From contig CAYXTM010000006.1 in NCBI GenBank assembly GCA_964468585.1, forward strand, positions 5,318-69,317: a DNA stretch of 64,000 nucleotides. Reading direction: 5' to 3'. Below the pieces are notes generated by a model. The model had not been told where the DNA came from, searched no databases, and saw only the letters and a list, made by a program, of their open reading frames with translations. The translations under genes were made by a program, and so were the position numbers. Shown here one piece after another: positions 1-9,098 of this stretch. The stretch is from an uncultured Thermoplasmatales archaeon. GTDB lineage: Archaea > Thermoplasmatota > Thermoplasmata > Thermoplasmatales > GCA-001856825. Numbering within the stretch: position 1 is the stretch's first letter; every line of letters begins with the position of its first letter.

Positions 1-431
1 GAGAAGTCATCGCATTTCTTGAGAAACACCAAGACAAGAGAAAAATAGCAGGATTTGCACCATATATTTCAGCACTTGCTAAGGAGGGGTATCAACCTGC
101 ATTAAGTATATTCAGAGAATCATCAGAGTACGTCAGAAAATTGATTTTGTCCAATATTCAAAACTTTGCTAAAGCCCCCAAAATTTCACTTGTTGGGGGT
201 ACTATGTTAGCTGGATCATTCTATACCGATATGATAACCAAAGATTTTGAAAGTGAAGTAGAGATTTTTTATGGTTACCAGGTTGCAATAGGAGGCATAT
301 TGCTTTTGTTAAGAAGTCTGGGGTATGATGTCGATTACATTTTAAGGAATAAATTGATTGGGGATCTAGACAGAATGATATTAGGTAAAAATAAGTCACG
401 TTTTGAGAGGTATTTGAATACCAAATTATAA
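1..431 (+). CDS. 3' end of a gene entering from upstream; actin-like (ASKHA) ATPase or sugar-kinase-like (BadF/BadG/BcrA/BcrD-type) C-terminal fragment
   Basis: Frame 3 is open from base 3 to the TAA at 429-431, so the listed TTG start at 141 is probably internal. 'KISLVGGTMLAGSF...QVAIGGILLL' resembles the C-terminal glycine motifs of ASKHA kinases. The family call is by eye only. Confidence 0.4.
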   Translation, partial: EVIAFLEKHQDKRKIAGFAPYISALAKEGYQPALSIFRESSEYVRKLILSNIQNFAKAPKISLVGGTMLAGSFYTDMITKDFESEVEIFYGYQVAIGGILLLLRSLGYDVDYILRNKLIGDLDRMILGKNKSRFERYLNTKL

Positions 432-552
432 CTGATGTTAGTTATATTCTTAGTTATCTAAGATCTTTAATTTTAATAATAATAAAGGGAGTATTCTACG
501 AATGACGGGCTCAATTTTTGAAAATCAATTTATTACCATAAAAAGCGTATTG

Positions 553-580
553 AAAATAAAAAAAATAAAAAATATAAATT
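553..580 (-). terminator. oligo-T tract downstream of the cupredoxin gene (archaeal intrinsic terminator type)
   Basis: On the minus strand the sequence just after the stop at 589-591 reads TTTATATTTTTTATTTTTTTTATTTT. Similar tracts follow other minus-strand genes (5466-5488, 11512-11536, 50484-50498). Confidence 0.4.
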
Positions 581-588
581 ATTAAGAA

Positions 589-2196
589 TTAAGTTTTTCT
601 TCGAATAAGCAGTCCGATACTCATTGCCAATGATATAACTGTTAAGGCAATCAATATACCTATTAATGTGTAAAGTTCGGACAGTTTAGAGTTCAAGGAA
701 GATTGATATGCAGCCTGTGTGTTATTCAAAGAAGAAAGACCGTTGCTAAGTGTGGAGATGTCGTTATTTAAATGAGATAACTCATTTGATACATTTACAT
801 TTTCAAGAGAAGCTCCTTTACTCAAATTGTTGAAATAGTTGGAAAGTGTGTTATTCAACTGATTAAATAAAGTTCCATATCCGGAATTTTGTTTCGGTAA
901 AACTATGATGGTTCCAACCATTCCCATTGAGTCATGAAGTGTGCATACATACGTGAAAATCCCAGGTACCAAAAATGTCAGGCTATACGTCTGGTACGCT
1001 ACCAGTGGGCCAGAATTGTAATATCCAGAACCATTGAAAAATTTGCCGCCGCTAGGTGTAAGACTTATAGGGGTACCAAATTCGGGAATACTCATCCCCT
1101 GAGGAACGAAAGTTATAGTATGAATTTCCATTGGGTCAAGTTGTGTCCATTGCACCGTATCACCAACATTGATTGTTAGGACAGTGGGTAAGAACCTCAT
1201 TACGCTTGCTACAGGATAGATTATGTTACCCCCTGAAATAATCTCACCTGAGCTTGAAACACCAATGAACCAACCGGCTGATGGAAGTCCAAAATCGGTG
1301 GGTAAATATGGGCTTAGTGATGAAATATTAAGAGAAGTTGTGGATGTACCTGTTCCATTGGAAGATGCCTTAACGGGATTCAAATTATAAAGAATCTTTC
1401 CACCGAATCCAGTTACTCCCATGTAAATGCTTAGATTGTATGTTTGACCTGAAGATAGCCCTTGAAGAGTGGCAACAACATTAAGCAAGTTAGGTTCCGT
1501 AATCGAAATTTCAGCTGTACCAGTAACTTTCGAATTATTCAATGGCGAAATAGGTACTAAAGTATCAACAGGAATCTGTAACCCAGCATCTACATGCCAA
1601 ATTAAAGAACCATTGGGACCGGGTGTAGTCGGTAAATTTACTTGGTCCAGTAAGGACTGCCCTTCAGATAATGCGTTCAGATTCTGTAAATTTCCCATTT
1701 GGTTATATTGAGCCTGGGTAAAGGGATACGGGGTTCCAGACGGATTGACAATGACAACACCTTCCATTCCTGGATGTATAACACAACCGTAAAGATAGAC
1801 TCCAGGGTTAGTGAAAGTTAATGTATATTCTTGTCCTTGAAACATTAATCCAGATGAGACAATCCCAGTTCCATTGTAAGTATTTCCTCCAATAGGTTGT
1901 AAGGATTGGGGCAAGAACGGATTCAATGGAGCATTGCCACTGAGGAATGTAACTGTGTGTGGCTCAGTACTGTTTAAAATCCAGGTTACACTGTCTCCTG
2001 CATCAATGGTTATAATCTCAGGAAAATATCCCATGGTCATAACAGACATATCGGGGCTCTGTCCTCCTACATAGACAATCCAGTTTGTATTGGTGGTTGT
2101 TCCCAAAGCTTGGGGCAACAAGCTAATGCCTCCTACAATCACCAACAGCAGAATAGCTGTTGAAATAATGGTACCAGCAAAAATCTTGTTTGCCAT
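589..2196 (-). CDS. membrane-anchored surface protein with two type-1 (blue) copper cupredoxin domains
   Basis: There are two H...C-x2-H-x2-M ligand sets: 'EPHTVTF...LYGCVIHPGMEG' and 'MEIHTITF...TYVCTLHDSMGM'. The likely start is the ATG at 2196 ('MANKIFAGTIISTAILLLVIVGG' signal/anchor), not 2271. A C-terminal TM segment is followed by RRK. The protein has many N-x-S/T sequons. Confidence 0.8.
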   Translation of the reverse strand: MANKIFAGTIISTAILLLVIVGGISLLPQALGTTTNTNWIVYVGGQSPDMSVMTMGYFPEIITIDAGDSVTWILNSTEPHTVTFLSGNAPLNPFLPQSLQPIGGNTYNGTGIVSSGLMFQGQEYTLTFTNPGVYLYGCVIHPGMEGVVIVNPSGTPYPFTQAQYNQMGNLQNLNALSEGQSLLDQVNLPTTPGPNGSLIWHVDAGLQIPVDTLVPISPLNNSKVTGTAEISITEPNLLNVVATLQGLSSGQTYNLSIYMGVTGFGGKILYNLNPVKASSNGTGTSTTSLNISSLSPYLPTDFGLPSAGWFIGVSSSGEIISGGNIIYPVASVMRFLPTVLTINVGDTVQWTQLDPMEIHTITFVPQGMSIPEFGTPISLTPSGGKFFNGSGYYNSGPLVAYQTYSLTFLVPGIFTYVCTLHDSMGMVGTIIVLPKQNSGYGTLFNQLNNTLSNYFNNLSKGASLENVNVSNELSHLNNDISTLSNGLSSLNNTQAAYQSSLNSKLSELYTLIGILIALTVISLAMSIGLLIRRKT

Positions 2197-2328
2197 GATT
2201 TTCTTATTATGGGAGATATAATAATTCTCGTTTTCCAATTTTATTGAAAATCTGATCCTAAATAATTTCAATATGGTGTTCCAGCATCATCTAAATTCTG
2301 GAGAAATTTATATCATTAAATAGATACA

Positions 2329-2342
2329 TATAGAGTTAACTT
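2329..2342 (+). repeat. copy 1 of an exact 14-nt direct repeat, TATAGAGTTAACTT
   Basis: The identical 14-mer recurs at 2533-2546, inside an 850-bp ORF-free region. Confidence 0.7.
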
Positions 2343-2532
2343 GATTTTTTATTAGCAGCTCAGTTCTGACTATTTGTGATAAATTCCCCCGTAAAGTAAA
2401 ATTTTATTATCTATTTAAACATTATAAAATTTTAATAAATTTTAGTTAATGAATTCATTGAAGTAAACATGGTCTTTACTTATGGACCAATAAAACAACC
2501 AAATTACTTCATAGAATTGTCTCTGAATCCCT

Positions 2533-2546
2533 TATAGAGTTAACTT
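2533..2546 (+). repeat. copy 2 of an exact 14-nt direct repeat, TATAGAGTTAACTT
   Basis: Identical to 2329-2342; the two copies are 204 bp apart. Confidence 0.7.
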
Positions 2547-3124
2547 TTAGTTCCAGTCATTTCTAGTTGGCACGGATGTTCTATTAATGAATCAAATATT
2601 TACCCAGATTTCCGACTTTCCAAAAGGTACAATTATCGCTAGTAGAACGTTTCTAGTTAGGATTTTGATTAAGTTTGCGATAGGCATAACCATAATATTA
2701 TAAGAATAGCGCAGCAATTATATGATTCATCCCTCCTCTATTACAATGATTATAATTTTTGCCAGTCCGATGTTCTTTTACAAGTTAGCAAGTTTTTAAG
2801 AATCTGGCAATTTTTCGTATCCGTTTTGTTAATACGATCCCCCACCATACACTCTGGCCTTTATTTTCTTTACAAAATTGTCGGATTTTAAATTTTATAA
2901 TATCTTTGGTTTACTAAGCTAATAGATAAAGATAAGACTTAGATTTTTAAGTGGTAAAATGAATCGAAAATAAGAGTATTGATAATAGTTTAATTCAAAC
3001 TCTATCAAAAATTGCGTACAAAGTTAGGATTATACTGATATTTAAGTCAAAGAATTAGAAATCCAGTTCAATATCAAATATATAAAAAATTAGCAACAAA
3101 TAATAGGTGCAATTAATGAGAGGT

Positions 3125-3916
3125 TTAAAATAAAGTTCTCTGGCCGTTTTTGATATTCCAGTTTATTGGATTCATTCCAAGGGCTTTTCTTAAAAGGTTA
3201 ATAGTATTGGGTGCAAAACCCTGATAGTGATTATTGCTGAAGACATAGGCTTCCTTAACCTCACCTTCCTTTTCCTTCAATAGTCCCAACCAAAATCTGA
3301 TTTCATTGTCTCTGTCCCTTATGATTTTACCAAATTGTTTTTCATCAATTGATCGGTCACCAATAAGCCTTAGGTAAATTCTATCTGAAGTCAGATATGA
3401 ATGTTTCTTTAAGTACGGTGTATCAGACCATACCAAAGTTATATCATATTCCCTTAATACATTCAGAATTGAATCCTCAAGCCAAGAATTATCTCTGAAC
3501 TCAACGGCATAAATGAATCTATCAGGTAAGATATCTATGAATTTCAGAAAGCTACCCTTACCTTTGTCATACGTATAACCTGGAGGAAACTGTATAAGTA
3601 TCATGGCAAGTTTATTTCCCAAATATGAGATTACGTCAAGAAAATTATATAAATCAGTTTCATAATTTTCTAATCTATACGTATGGGTTATGATTTGAGG
3701 AATTTTAGCCGTGAAATGAAAAAGATCTCCAGTATGCTCTTTCCAAGAGATCACAGTCTTTTTATCAGGTATCATATAAAATGTTGAATCAATCTCTACT
3801 GAATCGAAAACATTCGAATAGAAATTGAGATATTCAGAGGCCTTTAAATTAACGGGATAAAACCTGGATACCCAGGACTTATAGCTCCATCCAGAGCAAC
3901 CAAAGTGAATTTCCAC
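3125..3916 (-). CDS. DUF72 (UPF0759) family protein
   Basis: The N-terminal 'IHFGCSGWSYKSWVSRFYP' matches the DUF72 signature, and the length (263 aa) is typical. Confidence 0.75.
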   Translation of the reverse strand: MEIHFGCSGWSYKSWVSRFYPVNLKASEYLNFYSNVFDSVEIDSTFYMIPDKKTVISWKEHTGDLFHFTAKIPQIITHTYRLENYETDLYNFLDVISYLGNKLAMILIQFPPGYTYDKGKGSFLKFIDILPDRFIYAVEFRDNSWLEDSILNVLREYDITLVWSDTPYLKKHSYLTSDRIYLRLIGDRSIDEKQFGKIIRDRDNEIRFWLGLLKEKEGEVKEAYVFSNNHYQGFAPNTINLLRKALGMNPINWNIKNGQRTLF

Positions 3917-4025
3917 ATAATGAAATGGAACAACAAGAATAAAGATTTGTAATATATTGATAGCGGATAGAAATTCAGGAAAACTAAAATATTAACAGAA
4001 ACTTCCTAGGGAGTTAGGATCAAGC

Positions 4026-5294
4026 ATGAAAAACCGGATTCTCATAGCAGTACGTTCTTTCATAATTTCAATTGGTGCAACTGCTGCCAGTGCCTTCATT
4101 GGAGTAACTGGTGTTTTTCTAGGATCCACAGCTGTAGAGATGGGCTGGTTGCAATCTGCTTCTAATTCTCTCTCCAATGGCGCACAATTGCTATGGGGCA
4201 GGCTAAGCGACAGGGTAGGAAAGAGAAAACCATTTCTTGTAGCAGGAAGCATAGCATTGGCAGTTTTATGGTTCCTGATGGGAAGGGTTAGTGATCCCAT
4301 TCAGCTCATTATAGTCTATTCAGGAATTGCATTCCTGGGTGCTCTGATAACAGTTAACTGGTTTTCCCTTATAGCTGATCAGATTGAGAGTTCTGAAAGG
4401 GGACACTTTCTATCAGTGGTAAATATTCTTGGATCTGTTGGAGCAGTAATATCTTTGGTTGTAATGGTTTTTCTTTTCAAAGGCAATTTCAGCAGTGATA
4501 TTGAAATTCCATTTGGCCTTGCATCAGGCACATACATTGCTTCAGCCGTACTGATGCTTACGGTAGATGAACCGCCAAGGCACAAGCCAAAAAAGCGACC
4601 TTCTGCCATATATACCCTGAAAAACATCAGGAAAAACAGGGATTTTTACAGATATTTTATGGCAATGAATATTCAAGGGATCTTCTGGTCAATGGCCTGG
4701 CCAATGTTTCCCATGACAATAGTGCTCATAATGCATTTCAATTTATCACAAGTGGCTATACTCACCATTGTTTCATCCACCACTTCAATTGCAATACAGT
4801 ATATGCTTGGCAGGGTGGCAGATAATGTTAAGAGGCCACCATTAATATTTTCAAATAGGCTAATGTTAAGTGCCATTCCCCTTATGTACGCATTTATGGG
4901 CAACTTTGCAGAATTTATATTTCTAGAAATATACAGTGGATTCCTCGGTTCAATCCAGAATGTTGTCATGACTTCATATCTATTGGATTTAGTCCCTGAA
5001 GACCAAAGGGCAGAATATATCTCCATAATTAATGGCTTCAATGGCATCATCTACCTTGTAGGTGCTTTGACAGGAGGATATTTACTTTCATTTATGGAAA
5101 TGCATTTCGCCCTGAAGACTGCGTTGATATATTCATACAGCATAGTTTTCGCAGGAAGACTACTCTCATCATTTTTATTTTTGAGGCTAAATGAGACAGG
5201 ATCAAAGGAAAGGGTTCAGTTATCCTTGTATTCATTGATCTTCAGGTTTAAGGAGCCGGGTCAGCCATCAGGGGGTACCATAAAATTCCGATAA
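4026..5294 (+). CDS. MFS transporter
   Basis: About 12 hydrophobic segments, plus the loop 2-3 motif 'GRLSDRVGKRKPFL'. Confidence 0.75.
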   Translation: MKNRILIAVRSFIISIGATAASAFIGVTGVFLGSTAVEMGWLQSASNSLSNGAQLLWGRLSDRVGKRKPFLVAGSIALAVLWFLMGRVSDPIQLIIVYSGIAFLGALITVNWFSLIADQIESSERGHFLSVVNILGSVGAVISLVVMVFLFKGNFSSDIEIPFGLASGTYIASAVLMLTVDEPPRHKPKKRPSAIYTLKNIRKNRDFYRYFMAMNIQGIFWSMAWPMFPMTIVLIMHFNLSQVAILTIVSSTTSIAIQYMLGRVADNVKRPPLIFSNRLMLSAIPLMYAFMGNFAEFIFLEIYSGFLGSIQNVVMTSYLLDLVPEDQRAEYISIINGFNGIIYLVGALTGGYLLSFMEMHFALKTALIYSYSIVFAGRLLSSFLFLRLNETGSKERVQLSLYSLIFRFKEPGQPSGGTIKFR

Positions 5295-5488
5295 TTAGAT
5301 AAAGCGGATCCATGGGGCTCATTTCATGACATACTTATAATCCACAACGTCGATGTAAAAGCAATTTGGAATCTTCGTTCTTAATAGTCTTTTCGTATCA
5401 ACAGAAAAAGGAATGACAGAAAGTAACCTCAATGGGAGACTGGTTACAACCTGATTTAGATTAAAATTATAAAAAATAAAAATAAAAA

Positions 5489-6964
5489 TTAATCCCGAAA
5501 CCTTGCAAGCAAATAAGCAATAATGAAGGGGACAAGTGCCCAGAGAATGCCTGCAATTGCTAGAGTAAGGCCGGTTATTCCGTAAGATGATGGATTGATT
5601 GTTACTCCTCCAAATGAACCTAACTTCCCATTAAGGAATGCCTGAATCAGGCCAGAATATCCAGCGGGACTCACGTAGTCAAAAAGAATATTAAGGGTTA
5701 CATAGGCCGAACTGGTAGATGATATCCCTAAGGCTGATATAACTGCAACGGGAATTATGCTCCAAAATAAGTCCATCACAACAAATAATCCTATTGCCGC
5801 ACCAAGTAGAGCACCCTGTGACCTGACAATATGGGATATGAGATATACAATCGACAAAAACGCGACCCCCTCAACCAAATAGGTCCATATAAGCTGTCCT
5901 ACAAATTGGAATGTGAAATACATTCCGAAATAATGGTGGTATATTAGGTCCGTTACTATCATGGCCAGAGACCCGGCAATGAATATGGCTAGCGTATTAG
6001 CCAAGAAACGAGTAGTAATTAATTCACCCCTTGTAACCGGTCTTTTCAGTACGGATTCTAGAACTCCACTGGTTCGGTCTTTACCATATGTAAGGTATCC
6101 AGTGAAAATAGCTAGGATAGGTATGAATAGGCCTAATATGGAGGAACCTCCAGAAAATACCAGATTCTGAAGCCTGCTTTGAGTCATGGGTACATAGATT
6201 GAGAGTTTTGAAAGTTGAACTTCCGGTGAAAGTTTTCCCCCAAGGTTCCAGAAATATATCATCTCAGTTTGATTGGCTGAATCCTTGGCTGTTAAAACGA
6301 ACGATAGATTTCTGTTAGTTTGATTGATTTCTGGGAATACCTTTACAATAGAAAAATTGGAATAATTAAGATACTGTGTGGAAATTAGATCCCCTTTGGA
6401 TTGTGCTGTTGAGTTGTAGCCCTGAACGATGAACTCCATAGATGGCGATGAGATTCCATTTTCCCCTACATACATGGCAATAAAGCCAAGATTAGAAGCA
6501 TTGCTTCTATCGTATATGCCAGGGAATACCTCTAAACCAGAATATCTGTAAAATTGGTTAACGGTATATCCAATCTGAGACGTAGAAATTCTAGTTCCAA
6601 ATTGTTTGTAGGAATAATTAGTATAGACGGTAATTGACTGGCCTGGGTTTATTGTGAATGTTACATTCGCATATCCATCTGAATTGGATATGGTATCATA
6701 GTATGTGCCATTATATTCATAATATACATTGATATTTGAACTAGGATTTCCATAAGAATTATGAACATATCCTACCATGGTAAGATTGTTCCCTTCCAGA
6801 TAATAGCCAATAGCAATCTGCGGTGTCGTCGGAACACCCGTCACACTGGAACTAGCTGCACTTTCATAAGCCAACAGCGCAGATAGGCCGATAATGGCAA
6901 TCATGAGCAGAATCACAAACCTGCTAGTCAAGGTTCTCCTTATCTCATATACAATTGGCTTCAT
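5489..6964 (-). CDS. ABC-2 type transporter permease with a large extracytoplasmic N-terminal domain
   Basis: An N-terminal TM segment is followed by about 250 aa of beta-rich, N-glycosylation-sequon-rich sequence ('NINVYYEYNGTYYDTISNSDGYANVTFTINPGQSITVY', carboxypeptidase-regulatory-like) and then about 5 TM segments. Its start overlaps the stop of the upstream ABC ATPase by 4 nt. Confidence 0.65.
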   Translation of the reverse strand: MKPIVYEIRRTLTSRFVILLMIAIIGLSALLAYESAASSSVTGVPTTPQIAIGYYLEGNNLTMVGYVHNSYGNPSSNINVYYEYNGTYYDTISNSDGYANVTFTINPGQSITVYTNYSYKQFGTRISTSQIGYTVNQFYRYSGLEVFPGIYDRSNASNLGFIAMYVGENGISSPSMEFIVQGYNSTAQSKGDLISTQYLNYSNFSIVKVFPEINQTNRNLSFVLTAKDSANQTEMIYFWNLGGKLSPEVQLSKLSIYVPMTQSRLQNLVFSGGSSILGLFIPILAIFTGYLTYGKDRTSGVLESVLKRPVTRGELITTRFLANTLAIFIAGSLAMIVTDLIYHHYFGMYFTFQFVGQLIWTYLVEGVAFLSIVYLISHIVRSQGALLGAAIGLFVVMDLFWSIIPVAVISALGISSTSSAYVTLNILFDYVSPAGYSGLIQAFLNGKLGSFGGVTINPSSYGITGLTLAIAGILWALVPFIIAYLLARFRD

Positions 6965-7887
6965 TGCTTCTCACCTATAGTTTTAAAGAAATATTCTTCC
7001 AATGACTCACCAACCGGCTCAAATTTCCTAACTTTTACGCCAGATTTGATGAGGTCAGCAAGGATATCTGGAATCTCATCATCCTTTACATTAAGGTCAA
7101 GCAATACAATCTCCCCATCTTCTTTATCTATATTTCCATATTTATTCAGGATTTGAGAAATCTTTTCTAAATTATCTGAATTTTTATCAATTGAAATATG
7201 AACTACGGTCTTACCAAGGTTCTTGAGTTCTGTTCTAGTAAGCATTTTCACAAGCTTTCCATGATGAATAATTGCGACCCTATCAGCCAAGTTTTCTATC
7301 TCACTGAGAATATGCGAGGAAAGAAGGATTCCTTTCCCCTTGGACCTCAAGTCCAAAATCAAATTTCTCACAAATTTTACTCCCTCTGGATCTAGTCCAT
7401 TAAGGGTTTCATCAAATAAAACATTTTTAGGATCATTGATCAAAGATTCAGCTATTGCGAATCTTTTCTTCATGCCCTGTGAATAATCTCTAAGCTTTTT
7501 ATTAAGGTGATCCGAAAGTCCTACCTGATCTAAAAGGTCAATTATTCTCCTGTTCATTTCCCTGCCATCATTTGAATAGAAGCCGGCATAATATCTCATT
7601 AACTGTAGGGGTTTTGCATTAGGTTCGAAGTTTGGAAGCTCGGGTATCCACCCAACATTGTGGGTTGCCTTAACCTTTTCCTTAAGGACGTCGTAACCAT
7701 CTACCTTTATTTTTCCAGAAGTCGGAAGAATTATTCCAGCTATCATTCTAATGGTGGTGGTCTTTCCTGCTCCATTCAGCCCAACAAGGCCTAGAATTTC
7801 TCCATCCTTGATTTCTAAAGAAAGATCATTAACAGCTGGAGGGGACTTTTTATTATATATTTTCACTACATGGTCTATTTCAATCAT
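6961..7887 (-). CDS. ABC transporter ATP-binding protein
   Basis: Walker A 'GLNGAGKTT', signature-like 'YSQGMKKR', Walker B 'VLFDE'. Confidence 0.9.
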   Translation of the reverse strand: MIEIDHVVKIYNKKSPPAVNDLSLEIKDGEILGLVGLNGAGKTTTIRMIAGIILPTSGKIKVDGYDVLKEKVKATHNVGWIPELPNFEPNAKPLQLMRYYAGFYSNDGREMNRRIIDLLDQVGLSDHLNKKLRDYSQGMKKRFAIAESLINDPKNVLFDETLNGLDPEGVKFVRNLILDLRSKGKGILLSSHILSEIENLADRVAIIHHGKLVKMLTRTELKNLGKTVVHISIDKNSDNLEKISQILNKYGNIDKEDGEIVLLDLNVKDDEIPDILADLIKSGVKVRKFEPVGESLEEYFFKTIGEKQ

Positions 7888-7994
7888 TCTATTCCCTTCT
7901 AGGATTGGTCATGCTCGATATGATATATGGATAAATAATTTATGGTACAATTCTAAATTACCAAACCATTGAAGAGGAAAGCTAATTCAAAGAA

Positions 7995-9035
7995 TTATAA
8001 TTCTCCCCAGAATCTATCCAGATAATCCAAATAATAAAGTGTTCCAAAACTTCCAGATTTATGTACTTCCGATAGATGCTTGTTGAAGCCTTTTAGAAGA
8101 TGCCTTGTATTTCTACTTTCAACTATGAAATAATTATTAATTGTATTATTCCTATAATAACCCCAATGAAGGTTGCCAGATCCAATGGGAAAAATAACAT
8201 TCGCCATTAAATCTGAGGTCAGAGGGGATTTAAAATGAATCTGAAATAAGTTAAAATTCTCACTAAGGGTTATCACTCTACTAAAATTACCCCTGAGATT
8301 CTCGTCCAAATTTTTAATGATTAGGACACTGTCCATGGATTCCTTAGAGTGGTAATGCGTCATAGATTTTATTAAAAATATCATTTTACTCTGAAATATC
8401 CCCAATTCTTCATTTATTGTTCTGTCAATGGGTACTCTATTCTCCACTATCCTGAAATTGGAGAGGTTTTGTCTGTTCCAATTTAAGAAATTCCTGTAGC
8501 CCAGGGGGTCATTATCATCCACCTCTTTTATTGAAATTTCAATGGGGTATGGAGACCGCTCCATTAAATCCATTATTGCCTTTGATATGCTTTCCCCAAA
8601 ATTTTCATGGTACAGCAAGGAAAAGGTCATGTGTTGAAATGAAATGAAAGACAATGGAAATATTATGGTACTCGGTATTTCCCAGACTTTGTTGAAGAAT
8701 TGGTTTGCCATAGAAGACATACCCCTTTTGATGAATTTATTTTCAATTTTCAGGAAATGTGAAGGAATTGCGTCCGGAAAGTACTTCTCATATTCATTTG
8801 ATATAAAGTTCAATATGGAATTGATATCATCCTGCGGTAAATCCCTGAATTTATCTAGGTAAATGTACCATCCATCCTCTTCCTTGGCTAAAGAAGCAGG
8901 AAAACTTCCCTCCAAATTTTTTCCATAGAAAACATCCATATATTTGGATGGAAGCGGTGTTGGAAAGTATGCTTTGAATATAGCCTGATGGAGGCCAGAA
9001 TTTTTAAATTCACTAGCATAGGCATTTCCATACAT
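7995..9035 (-). CDS. hypothetical protein (346 aa, no recognisable motif)
   Basis: A long ORF with coding-like composition, lying co-directionally between the acyl-CoA ligase and the ABC ATPase. Confidence 0.55.
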   Translation of the reverse strand: MYGNAYASEFKNSGLHQAIFKAYFPTPLPSKYMDVFYGKNLEGSFPASLAKEEDGWYIYLDKFRDLPQDDINSILNFISNEYEKYFPDAIPSHFLKIENKFIKRGMSSMANQFFNKVWEIPSTIIFPLSFISFQHMTFSLLYHENFGESISKAIMDLMERSPYPIEISIKEVDDNDPLGYRNFLNWNRQNLSNFRIVENRVPIDRTINEELGIFQSKMIFLIKSMTHYHSKESMDSVLIIKNLDENLRGNFSRVITLSENFNLFQIHFKSPLTSDLMANVIFPIGSGNLHWGYYRNNTINNYFIVESRNTRHLLKGFNKHLSEVHKSGSFGTLYYLDYLDRFWGEL

Positions 9036-9098
9036 GAATATTATAAAGAATGGCTCTATTTAATATTGATTAAAAAATAATGAGCAAATTAAAATAGG

